Both the position numbers and the translations under genes were made by a program. A stretch of DNA of 55,407 nucleotides, filler included, from Stramenopiles sp. TOSAG23-6 (taxonomy: Eukaryota): the NCBI GenBank assembly GCA_900128565.1. It is 3 parts of 3 records of this genome, joined end to end, with 100 filler letters (N's around TTAATTAATTAA, not from the genome) between each part and the next. Parts side by side here need not be neighbours in the genome. Positions count along the whole stretch, not along the records: positions 18,514 to 36,921 come from LT636064.1; positions 37,022 to 55,407 come from LT636065.1; 1 more part is not named here. One strand, 5' to 3'. Shown here piece by piece: positions 25,501 through 37,362 of this stretch. Below the pieces are notes generated by a model. The model was not told the DNA's origin. It saw nothing but the letters and a program-made list of their open reading frames with translations, and searched no databases. The stretch's first letter is position 1. Each line of letters starts with the position of its first letter.

Positions 25501-26089
25501 TAATTAATTGATCTGATAATGACTTTTGTTGTAACATCTGACTATATTTGGTAAGTTCTATAGCAAATAAACATTTCATAGCTGTTTCTTGTTGAATAAT
25601 TTTATCCTCTTTTTGCTGATTTGATATGAACTCGTTTTCTTCTACCGATCTTAAATGCTCTACCTGAAAAGTTTCTTGTTCTAATAATGTTTTATAATGT
25701 TGTACATCTTTCACCTCAGCATTTTGTTTGTATACTTCAGTCTGGTAATATCTATATTCAAACTCTAATAGTGTATTTGTTTCGGATGCTTGAGCTACTG
25801 CGAGTTTATTTTTTTCATCCGCCAGCCTCAACGCTTTAATATATTCGTTTCTTTGGTCAATTAATATTGAATGATGCCTTTCAAATGCTCTTCTTACTAA
25901 AGCTGATTGTTGACTTTCTGCTTCTTTAAGTTCGGCCTTCAAACAATGAGCTATACGAACTTCCTCGGCAAACTCTTTTTTTCGTGTTTTCTTCGGTTTT
26001 TGTAGTAGTGATGCTACTACTTTACTATGGCATACCTCAGAATATACTTGATTCGATTCTTTTGTCATGGACTCTAATTCGAATGACAT
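22516..26089 (-). CDS. Large coiled-coil protein with a C-terminal transmembrane helix; one gene split by a frameshift in the N-rich patch near 24818-24840
   Basis: Two overlapping same-strand ORFs meet at ambiguous bases; E/Q/K/H-rich heptads; C-terminal MYVFGILSITIILIWTVL. Confidence 0.75.
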
Positions 26090-26669
26090 TTAGAGATCTC
26101 TGAGTTACAAAAGATATATATATGCAAAAGAATTAACTTATAAATTATAAGCTAAGTATTATATATAGTTGAATCAGATAAGGCTAAACGTAGATTGGCG
26201 AATTCGTCAGTCTCATTGACAAAGGGAAAATCTGAACAGGGCCTATTGAAAAGGCATAATATACTAAATCTTGAAATCTCACAAATAAAATCCAATTCGC
26301 AAGCATCGAGGAGTTGCACTAAGTTCCATTAGAATGTACGTACTATTATATGTGGTACAGGTACTAAAAGGCTGTATGTACTGCAGTAGCCTAGCTAGAT
26401 CGAATGTCCAAAACCCCCGATCTGCAGATTTCAGAGATCGCGATATTTATCGGTTATTTTTGCATTGATTTTGAGATCGATCAAGCAAGATACTATATCA
26501 AGAATCGAATCCGGATTTCATCGATCTTACGCGTTTTACCTATTATCTAAAAACACAACATATCCTNAGNTATANTTNCNAAAAAACNTNAAATATGACG
26601 ATATTTTAATATACATATGATTGTTTGTATTGTCTATTAGTTCAGGACTCTTTTAAGACGCACAATACA

Positions 26670-29600
26670 ATGAGTGTACGTGGTAAGAAATTCAATATTT
26701 CAACGATGGATAACAATGAGACACGAAATGACAAAAAACAGGTTGTTGGCACTTTTAATCAACCACTTTTACTGCAAAACGCATTTCAAACCCATCATAG
26801 AATTCTCCAGCAACAAAATAATGTGCATGAACATATACTGCAGCGCGAGATACATCTTCGAGAAAATGCAGTTAAGGAGTTAGAACTGTACAAACGTGAA
26901 GTTTGTAATGAGCAAAAAAGTAGAAGACTAAAGGATGCAAGAGAAATTAACAACTACAATAAAAATATAAAACAAGAAATCGATGATGCATGTTCTCTTA
27001 CAAATATAAAGTATGCAAATATGACGAGAAATCTTGAATCAGAAATCAAGACCCTACGCAAAAGATACTCGGAACTTGAAATGGAACGGAATGAAATGTT
27101 AATATCTTTTGACTCCTTCGAGTCCACGTCCGAGTTTGAAAATCAGCATCTCCAATTAGAGAATGAATCTAGAATAACAAAAATTCAGGAAGACGCAGTT
27201 TTAGCATCTGAAAATATGGTGGAAATGCAAATGAAATTTTACAGAGAGAAAATAAACAAAATCAAAGAGCAGAATCAAATTTTTTCTAGTGAAATGTCTA
27301 ATAATAAGAATAATCTTATAAAAATGGCTGAAAATAGAGCTCATCTAATTTACACATCCGAATTAGATATTGAACGTAGATTTTATACTCTAAATGCAGA
27401 AAATGCAAATAAAATTTGGGATCTCTCAATGAAAAAACTGCTGATAGACCAAAAAGAAGCAATTATTGAAAGGGATAAGAAATTTGAAATGGAAATTTCA
27501 GCTCTAAAGCTTGAAGAATCATCAAAGATCGCTACATTTATCGAGGATGTTGTACAACCAGATCCGAAAACAAGTATCATTGATAACAGTACACTTTCAT
27601 CAATGGAAAATAAATATCAGTTACAGTTAAATACATGTGGAGTTGAAGTACATGCTTTGCATCTCAGAAATGAAAAATTGGTTGATGAATTGCACAATCA
27701 ATCTGAGTTTCATATTAATGAAATGAAAAATATTCAGCATGAGCATACTGCCCATACGATGTTTACAATGAATGAAAAAGACAATCTTCACCATATGCAA
27801 TTGGCAAATGCAGTAGAATTGCACAATTTATCAGAAGAACATGCACAAAAATCCATAATGAAACTCGAGAATGCTCTTGAAGCGCTTTCTTTGCGAGATT
27901 CCTTATTGAAGGAAACAAGAGAGGCACACTTGCTAGAATTAAAACTTCAAGCAGAGCGAATGCTGGGTATAAATAATCAACAGGATCATGTATTGCTTGA
28001 AAATTATGAGAATATTATTACCTGTTTGGAGGCTTCAATAGAAAATGATAACAAACCTCATCCTGAAATCGACATGTTGTATTCTATCAAAACTTCTATA
28101 GCTGAACACCGACACAAACATGAAAAAAGTCTAAAGGATCTGAAAACATCTTGGAGCAAAGATTCCAATGAAACAGATTTGAACGACATTATTGATAAAC
28201 AAATTGAATCTCATTTGAAACATATAGCAGGTTTAACCGAAACACGAAATGAAATAGAACAAAATATATCTAATGAATATGAAAATCAGAACAAAGCGAA
28301 GAAAATTGCAAGACGCGAACATGAAAAGTATATTAATAAATTAAGAATTTCATTTTTAGATAAACACCAAAGTTTACATACAAAGATAGAGAATGAATGT
28401 ATGGAATATAAGCAGGTGATAGAATCCCAGAACGAAGCTAATGAAGAGCACATGGAGAAATTAAAAGCAATATTTCAAAAGGAAGTAGATGACACGCAAA
28501 GTAAATTAGATGAAGGCATAAAACACATAGATATTAGAGAGAAAGATATACGCCAAGAACATAAACAACATCTAGCAGATATCCACTTAAATTATGAACA
28601 GATGATCGCTGAACAAAGCATGGTACACGATGTTCACAAGAAAGAATTAGATAATGAAATTATTAAGTTAGAACAAAGTCATAGCCGAGAAATGAGGATG
28701 CATAATTTTCAACAAGAAGAAGAGACGTCGTTGCAAAAAAACAGATTATTAGACGTAAATATGAATATGGAGAATAAGCTTATAGAGGAAATTGATCATT
28801 ACAACCATCTTTTAGACAGCCACAAACTAGAACACGAAAGAGCTATAAATCAGCAGAAAGCAGTGTATATTGGCGAAACACAAGACGCGAACCAAACTAT
28901 ACTAAATCATGAACAAAGTATTAATCGTTTAAGAAATGAATTATATAGAGAAAATAAAGATTTGAACGATGAGTTTGTAGAGCACCAAAACAGCCATAAA
29001 AATAATATTAAAACTCTGCATCTCAAACACGGACAAGAAATTAATAGTTTACGAAGAATTCTCAATTCAAAAAGTGATGAAGAATATGCCGCGATGGATG
29101 CAAGATATCACCATTATAAACAAGAAACAGATATGGCTACTTTAAAGCTAGAAAAAGATATCCGTGAGTTACGAATTAATTCTGAGAAGAAAACTCAAGA
29201 AATGTGCACACTCGAAATCGAACATTGCAATATGAGAGATCTTGCCCGAATGAAACATGAAAAGTCAATGGAAAAATATAAAGTAGAATGCGATAATGAT
29301 ATGGAAAGTTGTCGCATCCGACATGACATGGAAGTTTCTGAGTTACGTTATATGTTATTAGATGAAAACAAGGTTGCAGTCTCTCACATGCAAAATTTGA
29401 AGAATGGTATAGAATCTCAACAGATCCAACATGAACAACATATAGCACACTTACGCAATATGTTCACCGAAGAAAATAAAATGTCACATGATACTGTACT
29501 TATGGAATCTAAATCAAATATAAAAATATATGAAAATCGGATTTTAGGCCTTGAAAATCGTTTCGAAAACCTTGAAAAAACAATCGAAGATATAAAGTTT

Positions 29601-32600
29601 GTTTCGAATGAAGAAAATGAGGCTAAAATACTCACATCTGTTGAACTATGTGAGGCAAATATGAGAGATCATAATACTCGTACTTTAGAAATTAATAATT
29701 TGAGACATGAAGAGAATATTGCACTACTACGGAGCAAATGGGTAGAATGTGGTCAAAATGAAATTGAAGAAGCATTAGACGCACACGAAAAGAACTCTAA
29801 AGAATCACATGATCGTAATATACGATTAATTGAATTGCAACATGAACAAGCATTAGCATATTCTAAGCTCAGATTACTAGAGCAAAATGACGAAAATGCC
29901 AGCTTGAAAAGGTATATAAAGTTAACCGAAGTAAATTCAAAGAATAAACATGATGAACAACGTGAACATCACGTAAAATACAAAAAATATGCAGAGGAAA
30001 AGTTACAAAAAGCTATGCATGTTGAGAAGAGTGCAAACGATTATGCAATACAATGTCTAAAAGAAAATCATCAAGAACATCTAGATAAATCACTGAGAAA
30101 CGCGGAAGAAAATCTACAACAAAATCACACAGCAGCACTAGAAAAGCACATCGGTGATATACAACAAGAACATGATGCTGAGTGTGGTATAATGAATATG
30201 AAAATGAAAGAAGCAGCTCTTAATTTACAAAATACGCTAGATATTCATGATGAACACCTCAAAGAAATAAATTTAGGACACGCTAAAGCGTTAGAATCAA
30301 CTGAAAAAATACTTGAAGCAAGAACTGCTGAAAACGAAAAATTATTTAAGATGGAGAAACAAGCAATTTTAATGGAAAATGAAATTGCGATGAAAAGATA
30401 TTTGAAAGAACATGAAACCCGAAATAATGACGTCGCGTCTGAGAATCAGTATGAACTAAATCATCTTAAAAGTAAATCAGATGTGGAGTATTCAGCATAT
30501 AAAAAACATATCACAGGTAAAGATAATCTTATCAGCAAGTTAGAAAATATTTTGCAGGAACAAGCGGATGAGCATAAAATGTCAAAATGTCATCAAGATG
30601 AGCTAGTAGATAGACATAATTTGATGCAGATGAAGTATTCAGAATGTGAAGACTATGTCAAAAATTTACAGGGAAAGTTAGAGAAAAGCAAAACTTCATT
30701 TTCAGTTGCAAAAATTCATCATCAAAATCAGATGAATGAAAGCCTCCGATCCGAAGAGTATGCAAATAAAGTTTCTGTAATAGAGGCAACATTGGCAGAA
30801 CAATCCAAAAAGCAATACCTAGGACATCTTATGGAGTTCGAAGAAAATCTTTCAAATTTCCATGCTCAGCAATTGAATGCACAAAATATTGAGCACCAGG
30901 AAAATATTGCTCAGCTAAAAGCCAATTGGTCTTATAATGATGGATCGGCAAAATATATTGAAGAGGTGTTAAATTCCCAAAATATTCAACATGAGGAATT
31001 AATGGAAGGTCAGTTACATCAACATAAATATAAGCTGAAGTTGCAAGAAAGAAAACATAAAGATTCGATTCAAACGCAGTACAAATTTTATGAAAATATA
31101 ATATCGAAATTGAGAAATGAAATGTCGAGGGAGAGTATTGCTATAAGCAATGAAGAATTTAAATATGAAATGAAGGAAGCAAATCTTGTCCGTAGATTGA
31201 AAAATGATGCAAAACGTGAATTACATGAGCATATTGAAACTCATGTAGCGCAACATCAAGAGGGTTTAGAAGCTCTTCGAGACCACCATGACGACACACT
31301 TAGTTCCCATAAAGATCACGCAATGTCCATGTTGAAGGACGCCCTCAAAGAAGCAGACGATGATATGCAGCATGTTGTCAAAATGCACAAAACATTCACA
31401 GAGAATAAACTTAAATTTAATGACGCAAAGTGGGAAAAACGAGAACAAGCACTGATAGAAAGTTACGAATCAAAAATTAGAACTAAGGCCCAAGATCGCA
31501 ATCCGACTGAATATAAAATTACCATGGAAAATGAAAACTCCACTTCTTCGGAGAAGAATTTGATGGCCAAAGATGTTTTACGAGTATGTGAAGATGTGAG
31601 AGATAACTTACAATTAAAGTTATCGGAGTTGGCGAGAAAAATTTCTTTGGAATCAGTTGATAGTAACAACTCTGATGGATTAAATTTATGTCATAAATTA
31701 AATTTTATGTGGGAAAAACAATTGAAATCTCTGGACGCTGCGAAGGGACTTCATGAAAGGTATATGCACAATACATCAATTCCTATCATATCATCTACTG
31801 TGGTTAGTAAAGCAAAGAGTAATTGGATCAAACAAGATGCAGTTGATCGGTATAAAGTGATACCAAAACTACCAGGGGGATTGAAAAAGTTATGTACACT
31901 TCGTTGGCCAAGTCAAGACGCAACTAAGGAGCATCAAAATCTTACACGTGAATTTTCATGTGCGCTCGATTCGTGCATTAAAATTTCTCATAACATTTAC
32001 CAATACTCAACAACTCTAAAAGCGTTGCTTCGAAATGTTGAAGAAGTTCATAACTTTTTAGTAGCAATGTACGCATCTCAGAACGGGGTTCTTCTCTGCT
32101 TAACTACGAATATACGTACAATGAAAGCAGAAGATTTACTCAGTGACCAAAATACATTATCTTACAAACTAGATAAAGCCCGAGCAGAAATAAAAGAAAT
32201 TCAACTGAATGCATTATCGGATAACAAAAAGCAAGAATATGAATACAGAGATTTATTAAATACTGAAACATTGAATCATAAATATGAGATTCAACAATTA
32301 AGGGACTTAACATCGAAACAGGAGCATGAGATTATCACACAGCGAAAGGAATACGAAGAGTTGCAAAATACTAGTCGCAGTCGTCGTAGACGGCGAAAGA
32401 AAAACAATCAAAAGAGGGTAATGTCGGAAAATAGCGTCGATGATAAAAATTTGATTTTGTTGGAAAATGAATGGGCAAGTATCCAAGAATCTGAAGCTAG
32501 AGAACATGACATTGAAAAAACAAAAAATGCTTTATTAAAAGAAGAATTAATATACCATAATAAAAAGGCTGAAGAAACGCAGTCTCATTTACAAGAAGAA

Positions 32601-34676
32601 AAGATTTCAAAAGAATCTTTTGAGTCAAATTTAGAAAAAGAGATAGATGCATTAAAATTAACTTTTAGAAAGGAGGCACAAGAATCACAGAGGCATGCTA
32701 TAGACGAACATACTAAAATGATGAAAGCAGAACATGACATTTTGAAAAATGAGATCCAGCTTCGTCATCAAAAAGATGTTACCAATTTGCAAGAAATTTT
32801 ATCACGCGAACACAGTGAAGCAATGCGTAAAACTGAAAAAGCAAATAAGAACTATACTGAAAAACTTCAAATTGAACAAGAAAAACACAAAAAGCAGATT
32901 GCTTCTCTACAAGAAATAGCGACACAACAAAAACGCAATGCTGTTGCAGAAGCTCGTGATCATATGCAAAAACTTAAGTTGCATGAAGAAAATGAGTTTA
33001 TAGCTCTACAAGATATGAAGTTAATACATGAGGAACACATTACAAATATCAAAGAGAGTATTGTGGAAGAAGGCCAAAACAAGCTTGTGGATGAAATGAA
33101 TCATTATTCAACAGAATTACGCCATTTTCAACAAAAACAAGAACTTGCAAACTTGAAGAAAACACTCGGTCAAGAAACTCAGATTCAGTTATTGGAGGAA
33201 CAATATCTTCAAACTGAATCAATGACAAGCTTAAAACATGCACAGGATATTGCTATTATAAAAAAGAAATATGCCGAAGAAAATGAAGATTTTGTTGCTC
33301 TCAATAATTCCATGAGATCTCAAAATACCCACGAAATGAAATTATTTGAAAAACATAACGAACAATTGCAGAATAAGGAGAATGAATTTGAAATGATGCA
33401 CCAAGAAATTATTGGAAAGCAAAATATAAAACATGTGAAAGATATGCTCAATTTGAGAAAAGAGTTAACAGAAGAGCACATGGATGCTCACCAAGAATGT
33501 TATATGATGAAGTTGCAACTTTTGAAAAATAAAGCACTTTTACGCAATGATAAAGAAGACATTTTTCATTTGCGAGCTTCATTATTGAAAGAAACAGAAG
33601 AAGCAGCGGCAAAAGAGCACAAATTTCAGGTGCACCTTCGTCTACATGAGACTGAAATGATAAAATTAGGCTATTTATTGGAAAACACAGAATCGCATAA
33701 ATCAGAAACTTATTTACATCTACAAGAAATAAATACAAATTTAGAAGCTGCACAGCTTGATGAAGAAGAGACAATCAGAACTTTAAAAAAACGTTTGGTC
33801 GACGAGAGTCAAAATTCGGCGCGAAATGAGTATTCAGCCGAGATGTGTAATTTAAAATTAAAGACAGAAATACTAAAGATGCAAGATGCTTCAAAAGATG
33901 TAGTTAATGATACAACTAGTCTGCTAGCAGTAGAAGTGCAATGTGAGAAAGATAAACTACGCGAAGTCGAATTATTACGCGTAAAACACGAACATGTTTT
34001 AGCCGATATAAGTGAGAAATTGATTACGGACATTAGCTTATCACACAACTCGGAGCTCAAAGAACAGCAAGAAAAACACACTTTGGCGATGAAAGCACAG
34101 GGTTTGAATTATGAAAAAGAAATTACTGAAGCGGAAGAAAAAGAGAGAAAAAATCAAATACACGCTTTAGAAACAGAAAAAATGAAGTATAAATATGCTT
34201 TAGAACAGCAAAAATTACAATATGATCAAGAAATTGAACAATTGAGGTTGACAACTAAAATTGAAAGTGAATCAGCCCAGAAGCTAGCATTAGATCAACA
34301 AAGGCGCAAGTTCGAGAGAGAGTTTTTAAATATGGAAAATCAAATGTCATCAGTGAATGATGATGCATATGAAAAGGCTGTGATTTGGGAGAAGAAATGT
34401 AAAAGACAAGCTCAGGATTTGAAAATAATGCGGCTTAGACTTGATGAGGATACCAAAATACAGAAAGATTCTCTTGAATCTGAACAGCAAAAATGCAAAC
34501 GTGTGATTCGGCACACAAATGCAGGTTTATCGGCAACAATACTGAAAGTTAAAGAGTGCGGGAAACTTGTAATTTCTGAAAATACTGGTTCAAAACGTAA
34601 AGATGCTGTTCATGAATTAGAACTTATTCTCGATGCACTGAAATCACATGTTACTTCTTTAGATAACATTGAATGA
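26670..34676 (+). CDS. Giant intronless His/Glu-rich coiled-coil protein (about 2670 aa)
   Basis: 8 kb uninterrupted ORF; first ATG at 26670; basic SRSRRRRRKK motif. Confidence 0.85.
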   Translation: MSVRGKKFNISTMDNNETRNDKKQVVGTFNQPLLLQNAFQTHHRILQQQNNVHEHILQREIHLRENAVKELELYKREVCNEQKSRRLKDAREINNYNKNIKQEIDDACSLTNIKYANMTRNLESEIKTLRKRYSELEMERNEMLISFDSFESTSEFENQHLQLENESRITKIQEDAVLASENMVEMQMKFYREKINKIKEQNQIFSSEMSNNKNNLIKMAENRAHLIYTSELDIERRFYTLNAENANKIWDLSMKKLLIDQKEAIIERDKKFEMEISALKLEESSKIATFIEDVVQPDPKTSIIDNSTLSSMENKYQLQLNTCGVEVHALHLRNEKLVDELHNQSEFHINEMKNIQHEHTAHTMFTMNEKDNLHHMQLANAVELHNLSEEHAQKSIMKLENALEALSLRDSLLKETREAHLLELKLQAERMLGINNQQDHVLLENYENIITCLEASIENDNKPHPEIDMLYSIKTSIAEHRHKHEKSLKDLKTSWSKDSNETDLNDIIDKQIESHLKHIAGLTETRNEIEQNISNEYENQNKAKKIARREHEKYINKLRISFLDKHQSLHTKIENECMEYKQVIESQNEANEEHMEKLKAIFQKEVDDTQSKLDEGIKHIDIREKDIRQEHKQHLADIHLNYEQMIAEQSMVHDVHKKELDNEIIKLEQSHSREMRMHNFQQEEETSLQKNRLLDVNMNMENKLIEEIDHYNHLLDSHKLEHERAINQQKAVYIGETQDANQTILNHEQSINRLRNELYRENKDLNDEFVEHQNSHKNNIKTLHLKHGQEINSLRRILNSKSDEEYAAMDARYHHYKQETDMATLKLEKDIRELRINSEKKTQEMCTLEIEHCNMRDLARMKHEKSMEKYKVECDNDMESCRIRHDMEVSELRYMLLDENKVAVSHMQNLKNGIESQQIQHEQHIAHLRNMFTEENKMSHDTVLMESKSNIKIYENRILGLENRFENLEKTIEDIKFVSNEENEAKILTSVELCEANMRDHNTRTLEINNLRHEENIALLRSKWVECGQNEIEEALDAHEKNSKESHDRNIRLIELQHEQALAYSKLRLLEQNDENASLKRYIKLTEVNSKNKHDEQREHHVKYKKYAEEKLQKAMHVEKSANDYAIQCLKENHQEHLDKSLRNAEENLQQNHTAALEKHIGDIQQEHDAECGIMNMKMKEAALNLQNTLDIHDEHLKEINLGHAKALESTEKILEARTAENEKLFKMEKQAILMENEIAMKRYLKEHETRNNDVASENQYELNHLKSKSDVEYSAYKKHITGKDNLISKLENILQEQADEHKMSKCHQDELVDRHNLMQMKYSECEDYVKNLQGKLEKSKTSFSVAKIHHQNQMNESLRSEEYANKVSVIEATLAEQSKKQYLGHLMEFEENLSNFHAQQLNAQNIEHQENIAQLKANWSYNDGSAKYIEEVLNSQNIQHEELMEGQLHQHKYKLKLQERKHKDSIQTQYKFYENIISKLRNEMSRESIAISNEEFKYEMKEANLVRRLKNDAKRELHEHIETHVAQHQEGLEALRDHHDDTLSSHKDHAMSMLKDALKEADDDMQHVVKMHKTFTENKLKFNDAKWEKREQALIESYESKIRTKAQDRNPTEYKITMENENSTSSEKNLMAKDVLRVCEDVRDNLQLKLSELARKISLESVDSNNSDGLNLCHKLNFMWEKQLKSLDAAKGLHERYMHNTSIPIISSTVVSKAKSNWIKQDAVDRYKVIPKLPGGLKKLCTLRWPSQDATKEHQNLTREFSCALDSCIKISHNIYQYSTTLKALLRNVEEVHNFLVAMYASQNGVLLCLTTNIRTMKAEDLLSDQNTLSYKLDKARAEIKEIQLNALSDNKKQEYEYRDLLNTETLNHKYEIQQLRDLTSKQEHEIITQRKEYEELQNTSRSRRRRRKKNNQKRVMSENSVDDKNLILLENEWASIQESEAREHDIEKTKNALLKEELIYHNKKAEETQSHLQEEKISKESFESNLEKEIDALKLTFRKEAQESQRHAIDEHTKMMKAEHDILKNEIQLRHQKDVTNLQEILSREHSEAMRKTEKANKNYTEKLQIEQEKHKKQIASLQEIATQQKRNAVAEARDHMQKLKLHEENEFIALQDMKLIHEEHITNIKESIVEEGQNKLVDEMNHYSTELRHFQQKQELANLKKTLGQETQIQLLEEQYLQTESMTSLKHAQDIAIIKKKYAEENEDFVALNNSMRSQNTHEMKLFEKHNEQLQNKENEFEMMHQEIIGKQNIKHVKDMLNLRKELTEEHMDAHQECYMMKLQLLKNKALLRNDKEDIFHLRASLLKETEEAAAKEHKFQVHLRLHETEMIKLGYLLENTESHKSETYLHLQEINTNLEAAQLDEEETIRTLKKRLVDESQNSARNEYSAEMCNLKLKTEILKMQDASKDVVNDTTSLLAVEVQCEKDKLREVELLRVKHEHVLADISEKLITDISLSHNSELKEQQEKHTLAMKAQGLNYEKEITEAEEKERKNQIHALETEKMKYKYALEQQKLQYDQEIEQLRLTTKIESESAQKLALDQQRRKFEREFLNMENQMSSVNDDAYEKAVIWEKKCKRQAQDLKIMRLRLDEDTKIQKDSLESEQQKCKRVIRHTNAGLSATILKVKECGKLVISENTGSKRKDAVHELELILDALKSHVTSLDNIE

Positions 34677-34746
34677 TAAGTCATATAATGAAATTTATGA
34701 AAATAAAGAAAACTAAATATTAAGAATTTTTAGTTGGATTTTAATT

Positions 34747-34913
34747 TTTTTATTCATTTATTTTTAAGCAAGCTTCCGAATACTAAATACAGGTGTTGCT
34801 CTTTTTATTCATTTATTTTTAAGCAAGCTTCCGAATACTAAATACAGGTGTTGCTCTTTTTATTCATTTATTTTTAAGCAAGCTTCCGAATACTAAATAC
34901 AGGTGTTGCTCTT
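34747..34913. repeat. Tandem repeat, 3 x 55 bp, covering the stop codon of the minus-strand gene
   Basis: TATTCATTTATTTTTAAGCAAGCTTCCGAATACTAAATACAGGTGTTGCTC at 34751, 34806, 34861. Confidence 0.95.
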
Positions 34914-36921
34914 CTTCGGGATAGGTTCTTTTCTACTGTTTGCTTAGATGAACCTTCTTTTCCATCTTCAATAAATATATTTGAAGTATCGGTAGTATCA
35001 CTATCATCAAATAGCATCATTATACTATTCGTTTTCTTCTGTGGTTTAGATGTCTTCATTTCTTCAATATTTTTACACCCGAGTCTAGTCAGCACAGTAC
35101 TTTTTGGATATTTCTCTTCTTGCTGCAGCTCACCTCCTAAATATCGCCATATTGAGAGATCAACAGAAGCAGGTTTATGTCCACCTTGACCCCTAACGAG
35201 TGTCTTTGCTAATTGTACTCGTGCTGAACTACGATTTACTCCATACAAAGATAGTTTCTTCCACACGGAATTTTCCGCATCACTTTTATAATCAATATTT
35301 GGTAGTGTTTTCAAAGATTTTAATCTGTGACACTCATCTGCTATATAAAAATTTACACACGCCATTGCAGCCCATATGACATCTGGTGACGAATCCTCCA
35401 GTCCAGCTGCCACAACAGCAGCAATACAATCTTTACTTACTTTACTACAACTGTTATCAGATTTTTGTGTATTATTCCAAAACTCAAAAGAGAATCCACT
35501 ACATGTGAGCACCGCAAAAGAACTCTGCCTCACATTGCTTACTTTGTCTTTGCAAGCTTTCAAAAGAGCGGATAGAAAGTGTTTTTTAAAGAAGTTCAAA
35601 CGCATTGGGGGAATATTACGCACACCATACCAGTCAGGAGCATTATATTTTTCGAAATTATCTTTTTTTTTAGAGTTTACTTCTTGAATTTCATCTTGTT
35701 CTGCATCTCTTGAATTTTTATTTACATTTGTGTGAATACAACCATACAAAATCGAATTAAGTGAAAATGAAGCCTCATGACGTACTGCAACACTAGAATC
35801 GCATACACCGCGCCCAATGGAACTNCAATCGTTCATACCAATACTTCCTCGTCTATGAAAATTACTTCGGATAGATGAGTTTGCTTTAAACGCTTGAGAA
35901 GCAATTTCAGCTGGTCCACAGGAAACACTTAAACCAGCCCAAGGTGATGGTGAAACATAAGATCTCTTAAAACTACGTGACTGTAATCCAAAATCACGTT
36001 GACCAGAGACCGATTTTGAGAGATCTGCATCGGCACGACACCCTAGGAGTAAAATTCGACATAATAGAGGCAACAATATTCTTTTTTTATGACTATCACC
36101 TTCAAGATCTAAAAGAATTCTTTCAATTAGCTTTTTCAATTCAGTTCGCGAAACATTCCTTTCAATATTTACATCAGCTGACCTATCAATTCCAGTATAT
36201 TTAGGCAATATCATATGNCAATTTTCATCAGCCGTCACAATAAAACGATGAAGAAGTGTACATATACCCGTTAATGATTTTGATTGAACACATGCGACAT
36301 CATCATTTCGGAGAGCTAAGGTGAGTGGTAGTATATATTTAATAGTTGTATTCAATGAAAAAAGTTGCACCAGAGGTACAAGTTGAGCTGCAATACACCA
36401 ACGAAGTCTCCAATTAAATATAGATGACTGGGGCNTTTTGTAACCCGAAGCAGCCGATGATTTATATGTTTTAGAAGTATACTTATTTTCATTAATATTT
36501 GCGTCAACGTTCCTGTCTGGAGAAATTACATGATCGATATATTCTTTCCCACATAACGACTCAACATTGATACCCCATTCTATAAAACCTTTGGATCCTG
36601 CTTCTTTTATAACTCTTTCTCGAATATTCCATCGGAGACATGCTAAAAACCCACCTACATGTCGTAAGCAACCCAATCGTACTTCAACACTTTTATCCGA
36701 TATAAATCGTCGATACAACGAAATCAATTCAAGTTCCTCTGATAATACATCTCTATGNTTTACATCTATTTCCAATTCAACTGAACTACTTATAAAACTA
36801 GGCATTCTTGGTCTCATAGAATGTTTCTCCAGAGGAGTGACACTTTGTTGTAGAGTGTCACCTTCTTCATGTGTATCAGATATGGGTTTTGTATGATTGG
36901 TTGTATCAATTTCTTCGACAT
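34874..36921 (-). CDS. HEAT-repeat phosphatase regulatory subunit, PP4R1/PP2A-A-like (5'-partial)
   Basis: EVRLGCLRHVGGFL, NWRLRWCIAAQL, LPLTLALRNDDVACV, CKDKVSNVR. Confidence 0.7.
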
Positions 36922-37021
36922 NNNNNNNNNNNNNNNNNNNNNNNNNNNNNNNNNNNNNNNNNNNNTTAATTAATTAANNNNNNNNNNNNNNNNNNNNNNN
37001 NNNNNNNNNNNNNNNNNNNNN
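36922..37021. other. Artificial contig linker N44-TTAATTAATTAA-N44
   Basis: Same structure as 18414-18513. Confidence 0.97.
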
Positions 37022-37115
37022 TTTCAAAAAAAATTTTGAAAATTTGTTAGGTACAAAATTTCGTACGAAAAAAAAAAATTCAATTTCAAAATTTAAAAAA
37101 AAAAATAAAACATAC

Positions 37116-37326
37116 ATTTTATGCGTAGTTGACCATGAAACATATAATGGATAGATATTATGGAGCAAACCTGTTCCTTGCACCATACCACCTGAATTTG
37201 TTGTATACTTATCGACGAGATCGACTCCAAATGGCATATATTGTGGAACAATATTTCGAAATTTTTTTTACCAAAAAAAATTGTTAGGTACAAAATTTTT
37301 TTTTTCGTAAAAAAAAAAAAAAAAAA

Positions 37327-37362
<36 letters not shown>

